Of a DNA stretch of 64,000 nt, positions 54,906-64,000 are shown one piece after another; position 1 is the stretch's first letter, and each line of letters begins with the position of its first letter. Under the pieces are notes generated by a model that was not told the DNA's origin, searched no databases, and worked only from the letters and a program-made list of their open reading frames with translations. This DNA is from Negaprion brevirostris. Taxonomy: Eukaryota. Where the stretch lies: the NCBI GenBank assembly GCA_030324005.1, contig JARDVH010000121.1, positions 9,737,539 to 9,801,538 of the forward strand, given 5' to 3'. The translations under genes and the position numbers were made by a program.

Positions 54906-55647
54906 TTCGTTTTTTTGTTTACTTCATTTTCCAACCCTTCCACCCTCGCACAGCGACACTCTACCCACTTTCCAGCTACAGACTAGATCGTCAATTCCCA
55001 GGAGCTTCTGCCCGCTCCACGTTGAAACATTTCACGTAGAAATTTACGCTATTGGCATTATTACCATTACTAATTCCGTCAATCATTTGAAAAGCGTTAA
55101 GTAAATGTTAATTGTCGAATATTTCACTCGCTGGGAAACCGTGATTTGGCTTATTTGTTCGTTTTGTACTTTCTGGTGAATCTAAATATATCTCTCGCAT
55201 GTTTAATTTTACAAAAGTTGTGTCTCCTCGCATGGTTGACATGAACATGCAATATGAGATTTACAAACCCCTTGCATCTTGAATCACTCGCGCTGTCAAT
55301 ACTGAAAGCTGGGATCTAAAAGTGGAAAAGTTAAACTTTACACAGCGGAGCGCTTCATGTTTGAAAGGTGTGTCTGGTGTTTATATAATGTTCAAACCAT
55401 GAAAACAATGGTTCTTATCCCTGTATTACCTTCGCTGAAAAAGAAGCGGAGTTGACAGAGAACGGAAACTTATTTTGTACTCATGCCTCAGAGAGAGCAT
55501 ATGAGTCAAATTGCTATTATTTTTCAGTCCAAAGATTGGTGCGTAGGTGTGAGCTCATTGCTGGTGTTGAATGACCGCCATCAGCAATTATGTTTTGACC
55601 AATTTAGCTGCCTCCCACACGTTCCCACGCTTGCGCACAGACACAGG

Positions 55648-55672
55648 CACACACACACACACACACACACAC
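55648..55672. repeat. (CA)n microsatellite
   Basis: Direct reading. Confidence 0.9.
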
Positions 55673-55769
55673 AGACGCACAATTTGAATAGAGACATATT
55701 TATTTCGAACATGAGGGATTTCCAAAAAGTGCAACAAAATTAAATTGCTCTCCCAGTAAGTCAGATTAC

Positions 55770-55988
55770 GGGGGTCACGATGGCACAGTGGTTAGCACTG
55801 CTACCTCAAAGCGTCAGAGACCCGCGCACGATTCTCGGCTGAGTTCAGTGTCTGTCAGGTGTTTGCACGTTCTGCCCCTGTTTGCACGCGTTTACTCCGG
55901 CTGTTCCGATTTCCTCCCACAGTCTGACAGACGTGCTGGTTAAGGTCATTGACCCGAACAGGCGCCAAGTGTGTCAACTAGGGGAATT
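55770..55988 (+). mobile_element. V-SINE/HE1-like SINE
   Basis: A-box-like tggcacagtggttagcactgct; core gtttgcacgttct...tttcctcccacagtc. Confidence 0.82.
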
Positions 55989-56649
55989 NNNNNNNNNNNN
56001 NNNNNNNNNNNNNNNNNNNNNNNNNNNNNNNNNNNNNNNNNNNNNNNNNNNNNNNNNNNNNNNNNNNNNNNNNNNNNNNNNNNNNNNNTAACTTGAGAGA
56101 ATCAAAACTTGAATTTTCCTCGATCTTCATTCACCTTGTGAATAACATAAAACAAAATGATTTCAAGAATATTAACGCTTCTGAAATTCTGACCACTCCA
56201 ATAATGAAACTAACGAATTCGACGCCCTCACTTAAACAATTCTGTTGCATTCTGCATCGCTCTAATGGTGCTGAACTGCGTGTTATTTAATTATTTGGCT
56301 AAGAATTTGCAACAATGTCCATTACCGTTTAGGGACTCCATCAGGGTCTGATTCTAAACGTTGACCATGCACTTTGCCCAAGATCACTTACTGTTACTAT
56401 TCGCTGACACAGTTTTAACTTACCAGTAGAATATATGACAATACATGCATGAAATAGATCCATTTAATTCGTTCTGGCAAGTAAAATGTCGAGGGCTAAG
56501 AACAAAATGCAGGAACAATTTGCACCACGTGTTTGACCTATATCCGACGCATGCATGCAGAGACATCATTTTGTATTTGAGGAATTATATATCTGGTGCT
56601 GAGCTTTGTTTTTTTTTTGCACTTAAAATTACCATTTTCCAATTTGCAG

Positions 56650-56676
56650 AAGAAAAACTGAAAGTTACGCAAAACG
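56650..56676 (+). CDS. 27-nt phase-1 micro-exon EEKLKVTQN
   Basis: cattttccaatttgcAG|aagaaaaactgaaagttacgcaaaacg|GTatga. Confidence 0.72.
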
Positions 56677-57019
56677 GTATGAAGTTATTTCACTCACATG
56701 AAAGGGAACCGTTCACACACTTCTTTCAAAGCGTATAGACCAACAGGTGAAAACGTAACACGTAGATATTTTTAAAAGGATGTTGGTGTCAATTAACATT
56801 ATGTAATGGAAAGCACACTAAGCGTTGCGAAGGCAAGATGAATCCCAGACCAGGTGCATTTTTCTGGCAATACGCATGCTGATACACATTAATAAACGTT
56901 TTTGGGGGGAGTTCTGTACACTGTCGTCTATTATGCAGCGTACAGTTATTCCGTCGTCAAATGAAATTGCTAAAGAGAGTGGAACATAGAAAGATGGAAA
57001 CGTAAAATATAGCAACAAG

Positions 57020-58240
57020 AGGATGTCATTCGGCCTTGTGAGCCTGGTCCGGCATTCAAAACTCTCGTGGCTGATCTTCCAACGCAATAACGATTTCCTC
57101 CTTTCTCTCCACATCATTCCGTTCGCTCGATGTGCTATACCTAGCCATCCCTTGAAGACGTTCCATATCTTAGCATCAACTACTTCAAGTTTGTTTGAAG
57201 AAATGTCTCCGCTTCTACTTCCTAAGTGGCCTACCCTTAATCCTCAGACTGTGAGCCCTGGTTCTGGACATCACCACTACAGGGAACATCCTTCCTATAA
57301 CTACCCTGTCAAATCCTGATAGAATGCTGTAGTTATTTATGAAGTACCTTCTCATTTGTTTGAACGCCAGAGAAAACAAACCTAAACTAGTCAAACTCTC
57401 CTCATACATCAGTCGCAGCATCCATGGAATCAGGTTAATAAAACTTTGCTGAACTCTCTCGAGAGGAAGAACGTTCTTCCTCAAAGAAGCGCATAACTGC
57501 ACACATTATTCTAGGCGTTGCCTCATCAAGGCCCTACATAATTTCAGAAACGCATACCTGCTTCCATACTCGAAACCTCTCGCACTGAGTGTCAACTTAC
57601 CATTATTTACGACCTGCTGCAATTGCAGGTTTACCTTCAGCAACTAGTGCAGAAGGTCAACCAGGTCTGGCTGCGCACTCCCCTTCCCAATTTCGAGCCA
57701 TTTAGGAATTAATTTGCCTTCTCGTCTTTGTATTCAACGTGATTATTCTTACCTGTTTCCGACATTTATTGCATCTGACACTGATTTGCCCACGCACTCA
57801 ACATGTTCAGATAATGCTGAAATACCTCTCATCGTCACAGTTTAGCCTCCCACACAACTTTTGGTAATTTGCAAATTTTGAGACGTTAAATTGTGTTCCC
57901 TCATCCAAAAAAATAATATATATACATATTGTGAGTAGCAGGTGGCCGAGCACTGTGGAACGCCATTAGTTACCGCCTGCGAATTTGATAAGTACATATT
58001 AATTCCTACTCTTTATTTCGTCGTGCCAAACCGTTTTCCTTCCATCTGAATACATTTCTCTAAATCCCATACAGCTGATCATGCACGATGTTGTTCGATT
58101 ATTCATTTTGTCAAATGCTTATGAAAGTCCAAATTAAGCAAGTCGACTCTGTCGACTCTCCTAGTTATATCTTCATAAAACTCCAACAGATTTGTACAGC
58201 ATGGTTTTCGCTTCATAAATGCATGCTGGTTCTCTCTGCT
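57020..58240 (-). mobile_element. Old CR1 LINE, 3' part
   Basis: ORF 57215-57502(-) LERVQQSFINLIP..YEESLTSLGLFSL..RTRAHSLRIKG. Confidence 0.85.
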
Positions 58241-58694
58241 CCCTGCTACTGCTTTCAAAATTCTCCACTCTGAAGTCAAAGAACAAAGAACAACCTAGCA
58301 CGGGAAACAGGATTTTCGGCCCGACGTCCCCGCTCCGGCATTTCAACATTGTGAGTCCCCACTCTACCCATGACCCTTGTCTATGCTTATGGCATTCCAC
58401 ATTGGAAACCAGATTGAGGGGAGACTAATTTAGGGACGATTTGTTACGCCAATCAGCCGAAGAAATTATTTTGAGAATCTTCCCACTGCAGATGTCAGAT
58501 AAGATGGTCTTAAGTTCTTCATTGTCTTTCTCCCTAACTTTTTGAATATTGAAGTGACATTAGCTGCATCTCATTCTGCAGGGCTTGTTTCAAAGTCGAT
58601 AATACCCTACAAGATGGCCACCAATTAATCCAGTTCTTCCAGAGCCAGTTCCTTAAGTGCTCTGCGATGTAGATTATCAGGTCTTCGGAAGAAC

Positions 58695-58772
58695 GTACGA
58701 ACTCCACACAGACAGTGACCTAGGCTGGGATTGAACCCATCTTCCTGGTGCTGTGAGGCAGAAGTGTTACCG
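58695..58772 (-). mobile_element. SINE 5' fragment
   Basis: aactccacacagacagtgacctaggctgggattgaaccc...gctgtgaggcag. Confidence 0.7.
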
Positions 58773-58969
58773 TGTCTAGATATTAGCCGTTTGTTGGTGT
58801 GTTTGGGCTTGGGTGCCTTCAGCATCGCTGGAGTCGTACATCTGTCTAAATTCTGGCCGGTAATGAAAGAACATGCCCATGCTGGAAAAGTCATTGATGG
58901 ATCAGGTCAGCATCTTACACCTGGAAAACTAGCATTAGGTGCCTGCTGCATTGATGCTAGATGCAGATT

Positions 58970-59655
58970 AGACCATAGAGCATAGAACATTACAGCGCAG
59001 TTAGCCCCTTCGGCCTCGATGTTGCGCCGACCTGTGAAACCAATCTAAAGCCCCTCGAATCTATACTATTCCAATATCATCCATATGCTTATCCAATGAC
59101 CCTTTAAATGCCCTTAATGTTTGCGAGTCCACTACTGTTGCAGACAAAACATTCTATGCCCTTTCCACTCTCTGAGTAAAGAACCTACCTCTGGCATCTG
59201 TTCTATATCTATGACCCCACTATTTAAAGCTATTTCCCCTCATGCTCGCCATCTCCATGCGAGGAAAAAAAACGTTTGCTGTCTACCCTATCTAACCTTC
59301 TAATCATCTTATATACCTCTATTAAGTCACCTCTTAACCTTCTTCTGTCTAACAAAACAGCCTCAATCCCTGACTTTTTTTCTCACACGCCCTCCCAACC
59401 ATACCAGGCAACATCCTGGCAAGTCTCGTCTGCACTTTTTCCAATGCTTCCACATCCTTCCTGTAATGTGGCGACAAGAAGAATTCACAATAAGTCCAAG
59501 TGCAGCCGCACCAGAGTTTTGTACAGCTACAACATAACCTCATGGCTCCGAACCTCAATGTCTTTACCGGAGACAAATCTCTCTACCAATACGACTTCTT
59601 AACGATCCTATCAACCTGAGTGCCAACTTCCAGGGAAATAAGCATATGGACACCG
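58970..59655 (-). mobile_element. CR1 3' fragment
   Basis: ORF 59349-59576(-) SPHYRKDVEALEKVQTRLARMLPGM; catagaa-type tail at about 58973-58990. Confidence 0.88.
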
Positions 59656-60039
59656 AGTGTGCGCCAGATTCATCATAATGTTGTCTTTTGAGTTTTACTT
59701 TTGAGTTTCTGCTGATGAAACAAAATACTTCATTGCTGCGACGTTCTGAGTTGGGTGATGTGTTCGAATCGAGTGAAATATAGCTCAGCGTTATTGCCAC
59801 ATATCTGAATTGCATATTTGTTTATTCAAATCTTTAGATATGAATTTCCCTGTATTAGAATTGTACTGTAATCACTTCTCCCAATTCTTTCATAGTCACA
59901 TCAATGAGCGTAAGATAATTTGTTGTAGAAAAACCCAAAGGTCGCTTGCCGTTCCTAGTTCGCTCTCACTTTCCACAGTTCCATCCCAAACACAGCTTGT
60001 GCACTTTCATAGGCCTCGTAGCTTGGAGACCGAGGGAAA

Positions 60040-62250
60040 TGCTCTGGGGACCAACTTCAACTTTCGCTTCGGCGAATCATGAATTTCAGTTCAACAAAAA
60101 TCTGGATATAAAAACATCTGATGACCATAAAACAACCGTTGATTTTTCAGTTAAAAAGAAAATCACTTTTCGTTCACTAATGTCCACGAGAGAAGGGTAT
60201 GTTAGGCTTTTTTTTTAACCTGGCTACTGCGTAACAACGTATCTGCACCTTAAGTGTCCGGTGAAGGGTGACATTGGGTATAGATTAGGGGACAGAAAGT
60301 GACGCTGTAGCCCTACGAATAATATAAAGTAATCACAGTCAGCCAATGTGATACTAACCTCTTCTTCATTAGTGTTCCAGCATCCAGGGTATATTTTATG
60401 CCACTGCTATCAAAATACGTCTTCCAATTTTTTTCACAAGCAGGGGTGCTGATTAATAGGTTGTCCCCTGAGGAAGAGCGGTCAATTGGATGTGAGTTCG
60501 GGTTGTGTGGATGCTGCAGTTTGTGGAGTAGCAGATACATATGCGCAGGAAATATCCTAGTCTAAATTTAGACAGACATCACCAGGTACCATCGGGATGT
60601 GAACCGATGATGTGATAATTCACATGTACCTCTACCGATTCAGTATCACAATGGGAGACCCCAGATGGCTGAAGTCTGTCAATTGTGTTGTGATTAACCA
60701 AAGGTTAGTTGCGGTGCTAGCTTGGCACTTTCTTGCAATGTATGTATGTGAGAAATAACTGCCAGAATTGACTAGAGTATAGCACAGAAAACCACGTGTT
60801 TGTATCCACAACACCTGTTAGCAAGGAGGACTTAAAAGTGCCATGGGCTGTTGTATTTGAATTGCCGACGCCAAAGCTTGGCCAACACGCAGCAATCCTT
60901 ATTTTTTCGCCATTGCTTCACACTTCACTGAAAGTTGGAAATATCTGGTTGGCTTGCTGCGATCTTCTGAGCTTACTCATGGTTATCGACGTTGTTGTCC
61001 AGTGAAAGTCATTTTTTTTTCTTATTTCGTTCTTGTGATGTGGGTGTTGCTGTCTCGGACAAACAAATTGTCATCCATTCACCTCACCCCTTTGCGATGG
61101 TATGAGTGACAGAAATTAAAAGCAACTATTTTGCTGAAGACCGGGTGTCATGTGTAGAGCAGACTGGTTTGGGATAGAATTATTGTGCTCCAAAGGACAT
61201 GAGGTAATTGCCTACTAGAGAAGAACAAAAAAAAAACAGTGATTATGGTTTATTGGTTACCATTCGGTTTTCAGTTCCACATGCTGATTGAATCAAAATT
61301 CCAACATACTTTGTGATGCTTTTTGAAACCGGGGTCCAGCAACACATTACTTGGCTCTCTGGATTACAAAACCAATGACAACATAAGATGTTTCGAACAT
61401 TTCCGTAAGACAGACCATATAAGCCAGTTTGCCTTCCAGAAATTCATAGATCTTGAATGCATTAGAAAGTGGTTTCATTGTTTAAATATCAAGAGATATT
61501 TCTTATTTGCCAATTTCTGAATTTACCATGGATTAATAGTCCACTGAAATTATCACATATTCCCCACCACAACAAAGCCCCTCACACCCACAGCCCCAGT
61601 CCCAAAATAAGGCACTCAGCGATTCCATTGAATTTCTTGTGCGAACATTCGAAGATTCTGACATTGTCTCGGAAGCGAAGAGATACATTTCGTGCTTTGC
61701 ACGGTATAAAACTTGAGGTAAGCACACAATACTTCGGTAGTCTACCTACTTGTGAGTTTCATATCCGGTCAAAATAGAAAGTACTTTAAAACGTAAGCGT
61801 TGAATGCAAACACATTTCAATGTCCACGGACAGCGAGAGCAAAGTTTGTATTGTTGATAAAACCGGTTACTTTGGAGTGCAATGCCAATTCAGTGACATA
61901 TATTTGTGAGTCAATTTAAAACAAAATATTTTGTTATTTGTTCTTGGAGCGTGTACGCCGCTTTCTGGGCTAGCATTATTGTTTAGCATTTCCTGCCATT
62001 GAAGGGCGTTCGGGAGTCAACTACGTTGCTTTGGCTCTGGTGTCACATGTGGGCAGGACCAGATAAAGGCATCAGTGAACCAGATGAGTTTTCCTACATC
62101 GACAGTGGCTTCATTTTCTTAATTCCAGAAATTGTATATAAAAAAAAAATCAACTTGTACCACCTGCCGTGGCGGGTATTGGACTCGGGTATCCAAAACA
62201 TTCGCTGAATTTCCGGGTTAATAGTCGAGCGATAATACCACTGGTCCATC
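60040..62250. mobile_element. Three degraded SINE copies: 60040-60240 (+), 61025-61385 (-), 61930-62250 (-)
   Basis: Shared motifs gttcactaatgtcc and gcatcagtgaaccagatg, with an attcat/tttgtt..tgtgggtgt 3' end like the LINE tail at 14145; boundaries approximate. Confidence 0.6.
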
Positions 62251-63683
62251 GTCTCCTCTGTATTTTATTCATAATGCCAGATATAATGGTGGCGAATATC
62301 CGCTGGCCACTCAAGTACATAATCGGCTGTGCTGCATGAATGCAGGAATTAAATGAGGTAATTTTGGCTTCAACAGCCTGCACATTACATGTGCGCAAAA
62401 ATTCGAAGATTATATTTTTGTAGAATCTTTGTTGTGTCTGTTAGTTGCATTAAACATACTTCAACAGAAGAAACCACTTCACCCAAAGAAGAAGTTAAGT
62501 CCCTCAAAACANNNNNNNNNNTTCACTTTTGACGTTGATGTAAAATCAGACTGTTTTAGCCCTTATAGGGTGGACAAATAACTTTGAGTAGACGTCTTAT
62601 TAGTACTAACAATATTTATTTTAACCCACACAATCAATAATTACCCACCCGACCAACAGTAATTATCTTACAGAAAATACTAGAATTCAAGTACAATACA
62701 AGACCTTGAATTAACTTTACGTCACTGACAAGTACCCAAACAGATATTGGCCTGTAGCTCTGCACTGGCCTTNNNNNNNNNNNNNNNNNNNNNNNNNNNN
62801 NNNNNNNNNNNNNNNNNNNNNNNNNNNNNNNNNNNNNNNNNNNNNNNNNNNNNNNNNNNNNNNNNNNNNNNNGGGAGGCCGATGATGAGCTACAGGGTGC
62901 TAGCGCATCGTGTGTCGTTCTGTTACTTAAATCTTAGTTACCATTGTCTGCAAACGAATCTTCCTAGTTTAAGGTAGATATGAGTGTGAATCTGGAAAAC
63001 AGACCAATTATCTCCAAAATCTACCTCCTCCACTTCAATCGCTGGTTGTACGAGAATCTGCTGCTCCTTTGTCGTTATGACGGATCGAATATTAACAGCA
63101 ACATATGAACCGGAATGCTGAAATAGAACATGTTTCATTAACTATTCAGCGTTCCAAACACATTCATTCTCTTTGCGTATCCTTTCCTTGGAAGGGGCGA
63201 CATTGTGAAACTTTTCGAAATGTTTCTTCTTCGCCAATGCTCAAAAGAATATTTCCCCACGGCACGGTAGCACCTGTAATTATTTACAGTTTGTTGAAAT
63301 CCGATAACTGGCGTATCAAGCCTTCATAACATTTTGTTCGCTATTTATGTTATGTCGTAATTGCAAACCTCAACAAATACGTGTTTTAGAAAAGGAGGAG
63401 CAAATATCCCATTACGTCCTTCCTGACAGATGAGCGATATTTTGCAACAGTCTTGTTGCTTTGGCGCAACTGTGATTTCGGATTCGTTTCACATGCCCTT
63501 TATTTATTTATTTGTGTGTCGCAGCTGCCCTTTGAACATAATTTCGTAGATTTTCAAGTGAGGTGCTCACGGGTCCGCCTCAACGTTTTATAGATAAGGG
63601 AATGCAAACCATCTTGAAGAGTTAGGAGAGGAAAAGCATTCCGAATTTATACTGTCTCAGNNNNNNNNNNTAGCTCGGCAGTT

Positions 63684-63821
63684 TCATCAGCGCTGGAAAT
63701 ATAACCAATGCGAAAATGTCCAGACCAGGCGTTGTACCCCGTGCCATAGTCATAATGTTGGCACTGGGTACAACGCCTGGTCTAAACATTTTCACATTTG
63801 TTATATTTCCAGAGCTGATGA
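63684..63821. repeat. Imperfect palindrome with 63-bp arms and a 12-nt loop
   Basis: 63684-63746 is the reverse complement of 63759-63821 with about 6 mismatches. Confidence 0.92.
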
Positions 63822-64000
63822 CATATTTATGAATTGCAATTCATCGCATAACTTGTATAAAATGTCCTTCGCTCATCAGCCTTGCTGTTTAAGTAAGGAC
63901 CACAAGATTCAGTGTCATGATGTCAAATTCAACTGTTCAGTAAATGTCTTTAGCTTAAATTTGGTGATGCACGTTTATAAAGCGAAATTTGATCCCGCAA

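Larger units (their letters stand above)
1972..56676 (+). other. Internal part of a putative multi-exon gene built from alternating 36-nt and 27-nt phase-1 micro-exons encoding a 21-aa coiled-coil repeat
   Basis: 13 AG/GT-bounded exons of 27, 30, 33 or 36 nt, all phase 1, join without stops: DEKLAIMAD-GLDSRPKAVEDP-EKKLKAKHD-DETSKIKEK-ETVCKAALKDC-EDKLTHDQK-EKRQMQSKRD-ETNMKENQD-ELAECKKDLEDF-NNDMNAVIK-ELNESKNYLKTL-ENELSKKAE-EEKLKVTQN. The exons of each class resemble each other. The gene ends were not seen. Confidence 0.75.

Noticed and set aside
60300-60980. Stretch that might be a decayed LTR-retrotransposon fragment
   Set aside because: No diagnostic motif could be read with confidence.
61682-61717. 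Strong donor gag|GTaagc at 61718
   Set aside because: In-frame stop and no good acceptor.
1-64000. Prokaryotic-type systems (CRISPR, operons) and rRNA or tRNA genes
   Set aside because: The sequence is vertebrate and intron-like; tRNA-like boxes occur only as SINE heads; no spaced repeat array was seen.

Overview
Eukaryotic genomic DNA, most likely a cartilaginous fish (shark), judged from its repeat content: CR1, Rex1/Babar, L2-like LINE, Penelope and V-SINE/HE1-like SINEs. It contains several N gaps. No long ORF is a host gene; the recognisable ORFs are all retrotransposon debris. The main signal is invisible to the ORF track: a + strand array of phase-1 symmetric micro-exons spread from about 2 to 57 kb. 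Exons of 36 nt (one is 33 nt; consensus roughly E-L-x-x-C-K-x-x-L-K/E-D-F/L) alternate with exons of 27 nt (one is 30 nt; roughly E/D-x-K-L/M-x-x-x-x-D/E/K). Each pair gives a 21-aa, three-heptad coiled-coil unit, often with a Cys in the core. Thirteen exons have canonical AG/GT ends and join in frame with no stop. Several further copies have lost a splice dinucleotide or gained a stop, which suggests birth and death of tandemly duplicated exons. No start, transmembrane or terminal domain was found in the window, so the gene cannot be named. Local inverted and direct duplications that involve exon-like sequence, and a Penelope palindrome, are also present. All exon calls were made by eye and need transcript support.
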